Positions 9,602 to 19,371 of a DNA stretch of 64,000 bases are shown in pieces. Location: the sequence record MH221129.1, one strand, 5' to 3'. The translations under genes and the position numbers were made by a program. Under the pieces are notes generated by a model. That model saw only the letters and a list, made by a program, of their open reading frames with translations, made no database searches and had not been told where the DNA came from. The first letter of the stretch is position 1. Each line of letters starts with the position of its first letter.

Positions 9602-10336
9602 TTACGCCTTCGGTTTATAGACCTCGATTTCACCTAACATGTTGAGCGTGTAATAATCGATGCTGTCTGCTTCGTCGGAATGAATGTCTTCCGGGTCCAG
9701 TAAATACCCGCCGATATCGTCCGTAAGTACCCAGGCATCACCCTGACGGAAAATCCCCATTGGGTTTTCAACAACCGGCATGACCAGATCGGCATAGCTT
9801 TCACCAGTAGCACGCAGCGTCAGGTCGTCCCCATCGACAATGTAAAGTAAACAGAGAGAACGATCTTTGAGGGAACGGTGGAAGTCCGCACGGTCGTACC
9901 AAATAATCAGATGGTCACAGTCGTCATTGCCGGCAATATTAACCAGCTCCGTCCAGAAACGGTGCAGATACCAATTCAGGGCACCTGTGATTAACGCATT
10001 TGGTTTAAGCATCCGTACATGTTCATCGTACAGCTCCTGCATCCCCCAGATGCGGATGTCCTCAGCCACGATTTCTGGCAACTTCGGCATCTGCGGTTTA
10101 ACAGGTATCGGCATGGGTTCTAACGTGCGCGCATTGAAACGCGCAATAACATCGGTAATCAGTTCGGCGACTTTATCAATCGCTGCTTCAAAACCGACAT
10201 GTTTAATTTCATCGTAATGCTTGTAAAATCCACCGCCACGATGATAAGTGTTCCACGACATCCAGCCGTATTGCTCCAGACACTCGATAAGACTCTGTGT
10301 GTGGAGCGTGAGCATTTCACTCACGACTCGCTTCAT
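9602..10336 (-). CDS. Hypothetical protein
   Basis: 244 aa ORF with SD GAGGTG, directly after RNase H. Confidence 0.75.
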   Translation of the reverse strand: MKRVVSEMLTLHTQSLIECLEQYGWMSWNTYHRGGGFYKHYDEIKHVGFEAAIDKVAELITDVIARFNARTLEPMPIPVKPQMPKLPEIVAEDIRIWGMQELYDEHVRMLKPNALITGALNWYLHRFWTELVNIAGNDDCDHLIIWYDRADFHRSLKDRSLCLLYIVDGDDLTLRATGESYADLVMPVVENPMGIFRQGDAWVLTDDIGGYLLDPEDIHSDEADSIDYYTLNMLGEIEVYKPKA

Positions 10337-10337
10337 T

Positions 10338-11852
10338 TTACACCTCTTCTTCTCTCAGAATACGCCGGTTTGCGTAATAAGCGCACCATAGTCCGTGGTA
10401 TTCTTTACCGATATAAACCAGAGCATAACGGATGTAATATTTCTCCGGACGTTCAGCCACGATATAGAAACGCCCTTCGGGTTCTTTAATGCGGTTAATC
10501 TCCGTACGAGAAGGGATATCAATCCCGCGCGTCAGAATTACCGGAATGGGCTTTTTGCTCATCGGGAAATCGATACGCAAGTTAATCGCACGGTCAACGT
10601 TACGGTAATAATCCTTAACCGGTTTACCTTTGTCGTCAAACAACAAGTCGGTAATATCGTTCAACACCAAACGTTTCTCTTTGTTCAGCGTATCCTTTAA
10701 CCAGTGGCCGAGTTCTTCACGGATTTGCAACGCACGGTACGACAACAGCGGTGGACGTAACATCCGCGAGATAGCCAAATCCTCAAAGAACCACACATTA
10801 CGGTCTTCACTGAAATGCATCATCTGAACGGGTAGGCCGTTCTTCGCTTGCTCTGCAAACTTCTTACGTTTCACAAACTCGTTGTTAACAACCGCGATAG
10901 GATCATAACGGCGCATACGCGGAGTGTCTTTCCACGCTTCAATAGAATGCGAGTTCACGATAGTGTAAATGTTGTCCCACGGCTTCTCAGTAAACATTAC
11001 CGAGAAATGCGCATCCGGAATCATCTTGCCAATAAAGACCAAGTCGTCCTTGTTCTTTGCGTGGTTGCCACCAAACATGCAATAGTAGTTCTTACCGTCG
11101 GCTTCAACCTGCGGCGGCGTTTCATTAACCATCGGATAACAATACTTCACCGTACAGACGGCAGGATACGCAGCCAGGTCACTGCCTTCACCGATGATTT
11201 CTGGCTCTGCTGTTTCCGGTAGCTCGTCCTGCGACCAATACGCTTTGTACATGATTCCGTCATTGGTTGCAGAAATCGCAGAACCTTTACGCGCCAACTC
11301 ATCAACGCGGTCGTTACCGTAACGCCCAGAGTGCCCTTTAATCTTGATAACACGAACACCACGACCTTCCTTCTTCATGCGCTGTTTCACTTCCCACATG
11401 CGCTGAATCAGTTCTAGATTCGCAATAGGTGTACCGTCGGCACGCCGCCAGCCATTCTTCGCCCAACCGTCAATCCAACTGGTGTAGGTGTTCAGTACAT
11501 AGGTGGCGTCGACGTAGATAATGTAGTTCTTCGCGGTAAAAGGCGCATCCTCAAACAGAGTTAAGAACGCCACCAACTCACCTACGTCGGAATAGAACTC
11601 CTTAGGTACAGGTATAACCGCGTCGACAAACTGAACCTCTGCCGGAACGTCGGGACATTTAACGTCCTTCGGTAACTGCTTGTAGCCTACCGTTGTGATT
11701 CTTTCCGGAATCTCCGGATGCTGGTAGGCTTGCGATTCCTCCAGATCGTTTGTGTTAAACAGGTAGCCGTGAATGCCGGCCCCGGAACCTTTCGGGGCCT
11801 CAGTGTGACTACCGTCGGTGTAGATAACAGCTACGTCGACGTCTTTCATCAT
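10338..11852 (-). CDS. rnh: Ribonuclease HI with a long C-terminal extension (phiKZ gp155-like)
   Basis: IYTDGS, GEL(E), IYVDATYV, WAKNGW..DGTPIAN, KIKGHSG..GNDRVDELA are RNase HI catalytic motifs. Start at ATG 11852 after SD GAGGAG, ATGA overlap with the upstream gene. Confidence 0.9.
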   Translation of the reverse strand: MMKDVDVAVIYTDGSHTEAPKGSGAGIHGYLFNTNDLEESQAYQHPEIPERITTVGYKQLPKDVKCPDVPAEVQFVDAVIPVPKEFYSDVGELVAFLTLFEDAPFTAKNYIIYVDATYVLNTYTSWIDGWAKNGWRRADGTPIANLELIQRMWEVKQRMKKEGRGVRVIKIKGHSGRYGNDRVDELARKGSAISATNDGIMYKAYWSQDELPETAEPEIIGEGSDLAAYPAVCTVKYCYPMVNETPPQVEADGKNYYCMFGGNHAKNKDDLVFIGKMIPDAHFSVMFTEKPWDNIYTIVNSHSIEAWKDTPRMRRYDPIAVVNNEFVKRKKFAEQAKNGLPVQMMHFSEDRNVWFFEDLAISRMLRPPLLSYRALQIREELGHWLKDTLNKEKRLVLNDITDLLFDDKGKPVKDYYRNVDRAINLRIDFPMSKKPIPVILTRGIDIPSRTEINRIKEPEGRFYIVAERPEKYYIRYALVYIGKEYHGLWCAYYANRRILREEEV

Positions 11853-12568
11853 TCTCCTCGCAATTGCGGTGCAATATATTCCCCTGTGCACATCTCACGG
11901 TGCGCATCCAACATGCGTTCAAAACCGTAAGTGCGTGCGACCAGTGCCAAATGATAGAGGCGTGCTGTAGAATACGCTTCTTTTGCAGCATCAAAGTTGG
12001 CATTGTGTTCGTACGCTTCTTTACCGTGTGTCCAGTTCGGGGCTTCGATTTCCCAGTTCGGTTCCAAGCCGAACGCAGCGGCTAAGCGTTCAATGGTACG
12101 GTCTGAATCCAGGATAGAGAATTTGCGGTATTTGCCGGGGTGGACGTTACACTGTGCAAACGCGTTCATCAGAATAGGATGGTCGAATTCCGGGCCACGA
12201 CAAGTGATGACCATTTTGACATCACCGAGATCGTCGAGGAACTTCTTCATCGCCCATAACGCTTCCGGTAACGGTGTGGTGCCGGAGTAGGCTTCTTTAC
12301 GTGCTTCTTCACACGGCGCGTAGTCCGGGTTATCTTTACCTTCCCAGTAGCCCACAGTTTTTGGATCGATGTAGAAGACTTCTTTTGCCTTCTCATCATT
12401 CGGGTCTACTTTCTGGTAACACGAGCCGATCATTTTCATGGTCGGAACATCAAAGGCGACGTTTGCCATTGTCAGGATAAAGGCATCGCTGCGCAATGCC
12501 AGTGTTTCTAAATCCGTCCCGACCACAACGCTGGGGATGAACGGTATATACGGTTTTGGGTACGCCAT
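11849..12568 (-). CDS. DEDDh 3'-5' exonuclease (Rv2179c-like family)
   Basis: TDLETLA (ExoI), GPEFDHPIL (ExoII), HNANFDA (ExoIII). Confidence 0.8.
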   Translation of the reverse strand: MAYPKPYIPFIPSVVVGTDLETLALRSDAFILTMANVAFDVPTMKMIGSCYQKVDPNDEKAKEVFYIDPKTVGYWEGKDNPDYAPCEEARKEAYSGTTPLPEALWAMKKFLDDLGDVKMVITCRGPEFDHPILMNAFAQCNVHPGKYRKFSILDSDRTIERLAAAFGLEPNWEIEAPNWTHGKEAYEHNANFDAAKEAYSTARLYHLALVARTYGFERMLDAHREMCTGEYIAPQLRGE

Positions 12569-12616
12569 GGTTTAATTCTCCAGTAGACATTATATCACAG
12601 GATTGACTGTTAACGT

Positions 12617-12656
12617 AAAAAAGGACTTTCCCTCACACCCGAAGATGTGAGGGAAA
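12617..12656 (-). terminator. Intrinsic terminator with a cUUCGg loop
   Basis: TTTCCCTCACA..CTTCGG..TGTGAGGGAAA followed by a T-run on the minus strand. Confidence 0.85.
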
Positions 12657-12661
12657 ACCAC

Positions 12662-13135
12662 TTAGATTAAACAGCTACGTTTGTGTGCTTCATAAGCGTC
12701 TTCAAAAGACGCACGGTCTTCACGATAGCTGCGAATTAAAGCCAGAATTTGTCGAGACAAATCACGGCTAATTTCTTTGGCATCACGTGAGTTAGGGTCC
12801 AAAATAATCTTTTCAGGGATTGGATGGAGGGTAGGTACGATAAACTCTTCACACAACGGAGCTGTCATGGGTACACGCCATCCCTGGGAAAGTGCATAAT
12901 TGTTGACAGACTTCGCATACAGGTACACGTAGTACGCGTATGCGTTCACATCGGCAATATACATTTTGGATGACAACGCGGAGTTAGGCCCACGATTCGC
13001 TGGGTTGTATCGTGGGGGCTCCTCTAGAGGGCGAAAAGGCCAACCCTCTGTAGTTGAAGTTGTTACTGGCGTCGAGCGCTGGAACCCACTACAGCTCGTC
13101 AATACCAGTAACGCAACTACTAAAAATACCCTCAT
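12662..13135 (-). CDS. Lipoprotein, probable o-spanin (Rz1-like)
   Basis: Signal MRVFLVVALLVLTS-C (lipobox), Pro-rich mature region, directly downstream of a single-TM protein. Confidence 0.55.
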   Translation of the reverse strand: MRVFLVVALLVLTSCSGFQRSTPVTTSTTEGWPFRPLEEPPRYNPANRGPNSALSSKMYIADVNAYAYYVYLYAKSVNNYALSQGWRVPMTAPLCEEFIVPTLHPIPEKIILDPNSRDAKEISRDLSRQILALIRSYREDRASFEDAYEAHKRSCLI

Positions 13136-13144
13136 GATTGCTCC

Positions 13145-13663
13145 TTACGGGTTATTGAGCGTCTTGATAATCTCTTGACGGAATTCATTTGAGTCCTGAG
13201 TCCCCACCGGACGTGTGGCGGCTTGTTGCTTTTTAGCAGCAGGACTCGACGGATGTACCGGAGCAGGAGGTGTCACCGGTTTAGAATCGACAACATCAGC
13301 CCCAGATGTTAATGTGTCGGGTTTCATCGGCGTACGGTTTTCGACACCTTCATATGGCGGTCGAGAACCCAGGCAGGTAAAGAGACGATCGTAGAGCTTG
13401 GTGTTTTCCGTGCCCAACTTGTCTGCCTTCTCCTTAAGCTCCTTATAGGACAGGTCCATGTACTGATCGTGCGATTGCGTACTAATTAATGCGTGGTATT
13501 GAACAACATAGGCATATGAGACAAAAACCGAGAACGCGACCAATGCCACTATCACTAGTGTCATTATTTTCCCGGCTCGAGTTATTTTCTCCCCCTCGCC
13601 TGGCTTAAATGCTTCCCACAGCATCTGTAAGAAAGGAAGCAGTTTGATAATCGATGCTATCAT
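13145..13663 (-). CDS. Inner-membrane protein, probable i-spanin (Rz-like)
   Basis: TM helix IMTLVIVALVAFSVFVSYAYVV, then a coiled-coil and one Cys; paired with the lipoprotein gene. Confidence 0.5.
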   Translation of the reverse strand: MIASIIKLLPFLQMLWEAFKPGEGEKITRAGKIMTLVIVALVAFSVFVSYAYVVQYHALISTQSHDQYMDLSYKELKEKADKLGTENTKLYDRLFTCLGSRPPYEGVENRTPMKPDTLTSGADVVDSKPVTPPAPVHPSSPAAKKQQAATRPVGTQDSNEFRQEIIKTLNNP

Positions 13664-13687
13664 GCTCACCTCGGAGAGTTTTTAATT

Positions 13688-15067
13688 ATGTATGATTTAC
13701 AAGGCTTTATTCAAATTGCGGCTCTGATTGATAATGGCCCTGGCAACACCGCTCCGGTAGGTGAGTTGTCTGAGCTGTCATATTCGTTTGCTAAAAGCAA
13801 GCAGTATTTCACTAAAGAAAGTTTGCAGGTGGAGCTGGTTGCTTTTACGTCAAAACGTGACGATGTGTCTATTAAAGCCCCGGCCGTATTTACCGACCAC
13901 GTTCTCACGGTTTCCCAGTGGATTTACCAACAGGCAATTCTGGGCAACTTAAGAAACGATGAAGTTGAATTCCAGCGTTTGCTGTTAGGGCAATTTAATA
14001 GTGCCATCAGCGGTGTCCAGTCTGGTGCGATGGTCCAGACGAACAGCAACTGGTTCCCGCGTTGGGTCAGTTGGACGTACGAAACGACAGCAGATAAGGT
14101 CGAAGACCCGTCTGATGTAAAGAACCAGATTATTCTCTGGTTTGCTGATGAAGATTTCAATCAAGATTATACTGGGTTCGAAATCGAAGTCCAGATGCCG
14201 ATACTACCAGTTGATACGTTTTTGGCTGTGAAGTCTGTAGTCGAACAGGCGATGGAAGGATTTAACCTTCCGGATCACCATAATAAGATTAATGAGCTGG
14301 CTGACGGTTATCCGTACACCAATCTCATTACAAACATCTACACCTGGCACGATCAAGAAGACTTTGATTCGACGCTTCAGGTACCGATGTCGGTGATTAT
14401 TTATGGCCGTGCCGGTAGAAACCCCAGCCGGATTAAACAAGCATTACGTGATTACATTTTGAATAACTCCAGTTTTACTGTGGCGTTAGGTGTCAAAGTG
14501 TTCCCAGAAATCTTCACGACCACCAAGTTTACTATTGTACCGGGTTGGTCTATTCGGGGAATTCCGAATGAGGAAGACATCGCGGCGTTATACTCGCCGA
14601 TTCTCCCATATGATTTCTGGGTTAAAGCGATCACAAAATTCGGTGAATGGGCGACGCAAACCATCGCGGAAAAAAATAGTGGCGCAGTCTCTGTTCCGAC
14701 AACGGATGTGACTGATTTACCGTCCATCTATAAGTCGCTCAACGGCGTTTGCATTGCTGGCCCTGAAAACGATTCACGGAAAACAACTCTGCACGATATC
14801 ATTCCGGATTACGCGCTTATCGGCACTACAAACGCAGATATTGCACGTATGTCGAAGAACACAACCGATTGGTTGAATCTGTTCTTCCAGGCGCTGGTTG
14901 CCGCAGAAGAATATCATCCACATTCCACACCTCTGGACATCGTGAAGCTGGTTGACGATACCGACCCTAACATCTATTTCTGGGTGTTTGAGTTCGAGAA
15001 CGTCGAATACCGCATCCTGTCCCGTAAAGCGGTTTGGGATGTTCCCGCTACCGGTGAAGACGCCTAA
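13688..15067 (+). CDS. Probable virion structural protein
   Basis: 459 aa ORF in a plus-strand two-gene island; function inferred from jumbo-phage synteny. Confidence 0.6.
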   Translation: MYDLQGFIQIAALIDNGPGNTAPVGELSELSYSFAKSKQYFTKESLQVELVAFTSKRDDVSIKAPAVFTDHVLTVSQWIYQQAILGNLRNDEVEFQRLLLGQFNSAISGVQSGAMVQTNSNWFPRWVSWTYETTADKVEDPSDVKNQIILWFADEDFNQDYTGFEIEVQMPILPVDTFLAVKSVVEQAMEGFNLPDHHNKINELADGYPYTNLITNIYTWHDQEDFDSTLQVPMSVIIYGRAGRNPSRIKQALRDYILNNSSFTVALGVKVFPEIFTTTKFTIVPGWSIRGIPNEEDIAALYSPILPYDFWVKAITKFGEWATQTIAEKNSGAVSVPTTDVTDLPSIYKSLNGVCIAGPENDSRKTTLHDIIPDYALIGTTNADIARMSKNTTDWLNLFFQALVAAEEYHPHSTPLDIVKLVDDTDPNIYFWVFEFENVEYRILSRKAVWDVPATGEDA

Positions 15068-15077
15068 GGAGGCTTAA

Positions 15078-15701
15078 ATGGCACAGCTGCTGCCAAACAC
15101 GCCCCAGGTTAACCTTGAGGGTTTGTTCAAGGTCAAGACACCGTATTCGTTAAGCGAGAACGTCATCTATGTCGTGGATGCGGTTCGTAACTTCGTTGAC
15201 TTGCAACGTGGTAACAAAGACGTTTACAACGAGTTTTACAAACCCGTTGGCCTGACCCGTGAAGACTACGTGGCCGATGCAAATGTCGGCGCGTCTATCA
15301 TAACCCTTAAATCGCGTGATGGTCAAGTCTATTATATTCCGGATACCTACATTGAATCCTATCCGGGATTAAACGGACTGAATTATAAACGTAACGTGGT
15401 TGTTATCGACCTGACCTTAGTGCCAGAGTACGTCGATGTTTCATTGTTAACAGATGACTTAAAAAGCGTTTTAGAACGCGGCCTGGGGATTACTGCGAAC
15501 GTGGACATCACATCGATGGACTACGAGGGAACAGTGACGGAAGAGGAACACTTGCAAATGGAAGCGGTTCGTAAAGCCAAAATCCGTGAACAGGTACCTT
15601 TATCAGAACAAGTTGCCACGTTAACAGCACAGAATCAAGAACTGCAAGCGCTGAACGACGCGATGTTGCTGATTCTCAAGGATAACGGGTTGACAAATTA
15701 A
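15078..15701 (+). CDS. Probable virion structural protein
   Basis: 207 aa, strong SD AGGAGG, C-terminal coiled-coil. Confidence 0.6.
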   Translation: MAQLLPNTPQVNLEGLFKVKTPYSLSENVIYVVDAVRNFVDLQRGNKDVYNEFYKPVGLTREDYVADANVGASIITLKSRDGQVYYIPDTYIESYPGLNGLNYKRNVVVIDLTLVPEYVDVSLLTDDLKSVLERGLGITANVDITSMDYEGTVTEEEHLQMEAVRKAKIREQVPLSEQVATLTAQNQELQALNDAMLLILKDNGLTN

Positions 15702-15702
15702 A

Positions 15703-15753
15703 GAAAAAAAGAACTACCTACTCCCTAGGGAGTAGGTAGGCTTTTATTTATTT
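15703..15753. terminator. Bidirectional intrinsic terminator
   Basis: CTACCTACTCCC/GGGAGTAGGTAG stem, with A-run and T-run flanks, between convergent genes. Confidence 0.85.
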
Positions 15754-15756
15754 TGC

Positions 15757-16665
15757 TTACGCGACATACTGACGGATAATCTTCTTGAGATTAGCCACAG
15801 TACGTTTAGACTTCGGCAGTGCTCGGAAGTCTGCAGCGATCGCGTCGAAGTTCAGCGTTTTCAGAATCTTGCCATGGATTTCCAGGGCTTCTTCATCGAC
15901 GTCGACCTTCACGGTTTCAGCTTCAACATCTTTCAGACGTTGAATAAGCGCTGCAACTGAACTTGACGGCTGTGATGCTTTAACACCCATCGCTTCGAAA
16001 ATCTCGTCAGCGATGAACGTCGTTTCTGCGTCGTGTACAGTTTCCAGAATCATGTTATCATCGGCGGTTTCACCTGTGTCGTCCGCTTCTTCTGAATGTG
16101 ACTCGAAGCAACGTTGGAATTCGATGTTGTTCGGGGTAGAGTCGCCGAAGATAACAGAAACCGCTTGCCAGTTACGCAGCTGCCAGGTAACAAACGTGCC
16201 GTTGATGTAGCAGTGGCTGATGCGTACAGGGGCTGCCGGTGCGGGAACTTCACGAATCAGTTCACCTGGCTCGAAGAACTGCGTATCGGCATGGGCAACG
16301 ATATAGTGCTTACCGTCATCACATTCAACCACAACTGCCCAGTTAGGAATCGGTCCGAAGGCGATGCCTGGGAACAGCAGATCCCAACCGCAGTCATCGA
16401 CGATAGTCAGCTCAGGCAGATTTTCGAACTGCATCTTTTTCTTACTGCGGCACAGGCGCTGATTGTTATACGGCAGCGGCATGTACATTTCGATGTTCGA
16501 ATCGAGTAGCGCGTCGAAATGTTCTTCGCGCAGTACCGAAGTGCCAGCAACATTCTGCGCAATCAACGCTTCGCTGTATGCGGTAATGGCCGGGTATTGT
16601 GAAACATAATCGCGTCCACGGAGAGTACGCGCCAGGTCTTCGATTACTGATTTTGGAAATTGCAT
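15757..16665 (-). CDS. Hypothetical protein
   Basis: 302 aa ORF with SD AAGGA. Confidence 0.8.
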   Translation of the reverse strand: MQFPKSVIEDLARTLRGRDYVSQYPAITAYSEALIAQNVAGTSVLREEHFDALLDSNIEMYMPLPYNNQRLCRSKKKMQFENLPELTIVDDCGWDLLFPGIAFGPIPNWAVVVECDDGKHYIVAHADTQFFEPGELIREVPAPAAPVRISHCYINGTFVTWQLRNWQAVSVIFGDSTPNNIEFQRCFESHSEEADDTGETADDNMILETVHDAETTFIADEIFEAMGVKASQPSSSVAALIQRLKDVEAETVKVDVDEEALEIHGKILKTLNFDAIAADFRALPKSKRTVANLKKIIRQYVA

Positions 16666-16723
16666 GATAAATAATCCTTTAAGTAATAGTGGTATTCAGA
16701 TTAAAGCACAGTGATGTAAAAAA

Positions 16724-16990
16724 CTACTTGTGGTGAAAGACATGCCAACTGCTACGCCAGCGCCAGAAGCGCACCCACACACCTTTCATCCGCAGTGTCC
16801 AGAACCATGTCCAGATAAAGATAAAGAGGTGTGCGTATGGGAAGGTCATGCCGAGTATCTCAGCCACGACCCACCCCGCTAATAACACGAGGATGATGAA
16901 AACGCCCGCATACCAGGTATGTATCTGACCTGCGCAACGTTCCTCCATCCAGTAGAGTATAGAGATGAGCTTATTCATAAAGGGTTCCAT
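16724..16990 (-). CDS. Small two-TM membrane protein
   Basis: Two hydrophobic helices, Trp/Arg-rich tail; start may be ATG 16978. Confidence 0.65.
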   Translation of the reverse strand: MEPFMNKLISILYWMEERCAGQIHTWYAGVFIILVLLAGWVVAEILGMTFPYAHLFIFIWTWFWTLRMKGVWVRFWRWRSSWHVFHHK

Positions 16991-17053
16991 GCACGCCTAA
17001 TGATGTGGTTTTCAATAGGATGCTGTCGAATGTATTTTTTAATTACCCCAATT

Positions 17054-17087
17054 AAAATAAGAAAGTACCGAGCCCGGAGGCTCGGTA
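17054..17087 (-). terminator. Intrinsic terminator with a cUCCGg loop
   Basis: TACCGAGCC-TCCG-GGCTCGGTA plus a T-rich tail. Confidence 0.8.
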
Positions 17088-17091
17088 AACT

Positions 17092-17685
17092 TTACGCGTC
17101 GGCTTCGAAGAACGGTTCGTTAGGCACGACCGAAAATTCCAGCACGAACATGTGTTCTGGTGCATCTTCTGCACGCCACAGTTTGTGACACACAGCCAGC
17201 TTTTCCAGAATAGTCAGCCAGGACAGCTGACAGTAAGCACGCTCACCGAAGAACAGTTTCTGCAGCTCTACGGAGGCGTCCATATACGCTTGCTTAAAGC
17301 CGAGATCAACTTTATAGCCAGCAGACTGACGCCAGGTCAGCACTTTACCCGCTTCGGTATCGTCGATGTGTGGACGGAGCCCACAAATCCACAGCATAGC
17401 CAGGTTGGTGTTCCAGTCGAATTCAAGGAATTCTTCTTCATCATCACCAAACGCAGTTTTCAGTGCGTCGTAGAAGCCGTGGTTTTCAGCAAACCATTCT
17501 TCATAGCTGACGTAGACCGGCTTTTCAGCGTCGTCAGCCAGGGTTTCACCCACTGGCGGCTCAACGTACTTCGGATTGGTCTGAACAGTTTCAGCGCCGG
17601 CGCGAATAAGCTCGTATACGTCTTTGGCAGTAATCTGTGCTGCCAGTTTCAGGCCTGGATACCAGGAACGGGTAACAAGAGTCAA
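17092..17685 (-). CDS. Hypothetical protein
   Basis: 197 aa ORF starting at GTG after SD AGGAG, overlapping the SLT gene stop. Confidence 0.75.
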   Translation of the reverse strand: MTLVTRSWYPGLKLAAQITAKDVYELIRAGAETVQTNPKYVEPPVGETLADDAEKPVYVSYEEWFAENHGFYDALKTAFGDDEEEFLEFDWNTNLAMLWICGLRPHIDDTEAGKVLTWRQSAGYKVDLGFKQAYMDASVELQKLFFGERAYCQLSWLTILEKLAVCHKLWRAEDAPEHMFVLEFSVVPNEPFFEADA

Positions 17686-18410
17686 AGTGTGGCTCCTTTC
17701 GGGGTTATGTTAATTGCCAGCATCGTGATGCCAGCAGCAGGTGGAATCTTGGCGTACAGCGTATCCCAGATTTTCTGGAGTTCGGCGACACGATCGTCGT
17801 ACTCTCTCTTCGCAAAAGCAAGCTGAATCGTTTTCCCTTCTTTCGGTGGCGCTACCTTAGCCCCATAAAACGCTGCATCTTTGCGGTAGCTGGACATCCA
17901 GCGTTTCGCAACCGGTGATTTCTTTTTAATCATCGTGGTCGCAGCACCTTCACCGAAACGGTACCCGAGAGCGATCTCGGCTGTGGTCGGCTTGCGTTTG
18001 AGTTGTTTGGTCAGATGATCCTCAATGTAGTTCATGTATGCAGCAGCTAACGTCACTGCGTAACGGGGGTTTCTAAGATCGGCGTTCTTTGGAATACCGA
18101 GTTTCGCCCCATACAGTTTGAGCATTTGTCGCTTCGTGCCTGCGGTCATTTGGACCACGCTGTGGGCACTACTACGTTTATTCTTGCCGATGTTTTTATT
18201 GAAACGTGACTCTCTGTAAATCGTCGTGGTAAGCATCCCAGCATGGACGCCCTGCTTCTTTGCAGCAGACACGATGATAGGTTTCATCTCTTCGAAACGA
18301 TCCTGAATCAGAACGAATTCTTTTTGCTGTTTGGTACTATTAGACTGGTAAGACGCGCTTGCATTAAACGATGCCACAGCTACCAGAAGAAAGAAAAAGA
18401 TACGGAACAT
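17682..18410 (-). CDS. Lytic transglycosylase (SLT family) with a Sec signal peptide
   Basis: IYRESRFN (catalytic E-S), SSAHSVVQM (variant of GLMQ), AAAYM, ALGYRFGEG; signal MFRIFFFLLVAVASFNASA. Confidence 0.8.
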   Translation of the reverse strand: MFRIFFFLLVAVASFNASASYQSNSTKQQKEFVLIQDRFEEMKPIIVSAAKKQGVHAGMLTTTIYRESRFNKNIGKNKRSSAHSVVQMTAGTKRQMLKLYGAKLGIPKNADLRNPRYAVTLAAAYMNYIEDHLTKQLKRKPTTAEIALGYRFGEGAATTMIKKKSPVAKRWMSSYRKDAAFYGAKVAPPKEGKTIQLAFAKREYDDRVAELQKIWDTLYAKIPPAAGITMLAINITPKGATL

Positions 18411-18503
18411 GGAAATTTCTCCAATTGGATTTATACTTTTCCGTTCTCACTAAAGGGAGAATCGGCGCGGACAGCTACGTGCTCCTATGTTAAGTGCCCT
18501 GAT

Positions 18504-18521
18504 GATAAAATCTATTTGTAA
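18504..18521 (-). promoter_or_regulatory. Putative phage promoter motif copy (TTACAAATAGATTTTATC)
   Basis: 3 mismatches to the 9575 copy; about 95 nt upstream of the SLT gene. Confidence 0.4.
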
Positions 18522-19012
18522 CGATTTGGGATGACCCTCTGGGCTTCCCCTAGCAGCTGTGCTGGCAAATAGAATCGATAGTGTTTCTCCGTTGCGTGTA
18601 GTCGCTCGTGCAAATGCAAAAAGATTTCAACACGTTCATGATAGCGCAACCAACCGTTGGCCATCCCCAAGGGAGGTAATGCAATGTCTCCTTCTAAATC
18701 TTCTCCCAATCTCGCCAGGGCATCAATCCCGGACGTGACATAGTAAATTTGCGATTTAAAACGAAAATGAGTTTTAGTAGGAAGGAGAATCACCCCTTCC
18801 TCAGGATAAGGGTACACGTTACCGACGGTAATCTCTTCTCGGCGGCACCGTATACGATAGTCCTTATAAAGCTCTGGGAAGCGTTCTCTGCACGCTAATG
18901 CAATACCTCTTCCCATCGCCCCAACGCAGTTAACCGTGACGACCTTGAAGCGCTCAGGCGCGTTAAACAAGTCGTGGGAGATAACAGCCTCGTCGATCAG
19001 TTCGAGTGACAT
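18512..19012 (-). CDS. Macrodomain protein (Poa1p/DarG-like ADP-ribosyl hydrolase)
   Basis: VTVNCVGAMGRGIA, FPELYKDY, LPTKTHFR..SQI.YV..GI, IALPPLGMANGWL. Confidence 0.85.
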   Translation of the reverse strand: MSLELIDEAVISHDLFNAPERFKVVTVNCVGAMGRGIALACRERFPELYKDYRIRCRREEITVGNVYPYPEEGVILLPTKTHFRFKSQIYYVTSGIDALARLGEDLEGDIALPPLGMANGWLRYHERVEIFLHLHERLHATEKHYRFYLPAQLLGEAQRVIPNRYK

Positions 19013-19211
19013 CTAACGCCATACCCCATTGAGAGATAACCGGAGATTGAAGCAAAGATTCCAGCTCAGTAAGAACCTTGTATTTTGCTTCTTCACGTAG
19101 TTTGAAGACTTCTGGGTCAGGTTTACCTGCATTCAGATATTGGGGTTCTGTTCGTGGGGTAGGGAAACCACAGTAAGAACTAACCGTTATTCCGACTATC
19201 GTTTTTCTCAC
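18963..19211 (-). CDS. Hypothetical protein
   Basis: Likely GTG start at 19211 after SD GAGGA; overlaps both neighbours. Confidence 0.5.
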   Translation of the reverse strand: MRKTIVGITVSSYCGFPTPRTEPQYLNAGKPDPEVFKLREEAKYKVLTELESLLQSPVISQWGMALDVTRTDRRGCYLPRLV

Positions 19212-19371
19212 GACGGCAATCCTCGCATTCGCAATATGTTCTGAAAAATGGAAAGTAGTTATCCAACGCAATAAACCATTTGCGGTGACGAGGACAAATA
19301 AAGAACTCGTCTTCAACACTCCAGTAGTGTTTTACTGATAACCACTTAATAGGCAGGGAGGATGTTACCAT
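19180..19371 (-). CDS. Small Cys/His protein (possible Zn-binding)
   Basis: CPRH...CECEDC; ATG 19371 after GGGGA. Confidence 0.55.
   Translation of the reverse strand: MVTSSLPIKWLSVKHYWSVEDEFFICPRHRKWFIALDNYFPFFRTYCECEDCRREKNDSRNNG

Noticed and set aside
12614-12622. Recurring TTTTTACG upstream of minus-strand genes (also about 24553 and 6034) as a promoter element
   Set aside because: At 12614 and 24553 it is the U-tract of the preceding terminator; spacing to starts is inconsistent.
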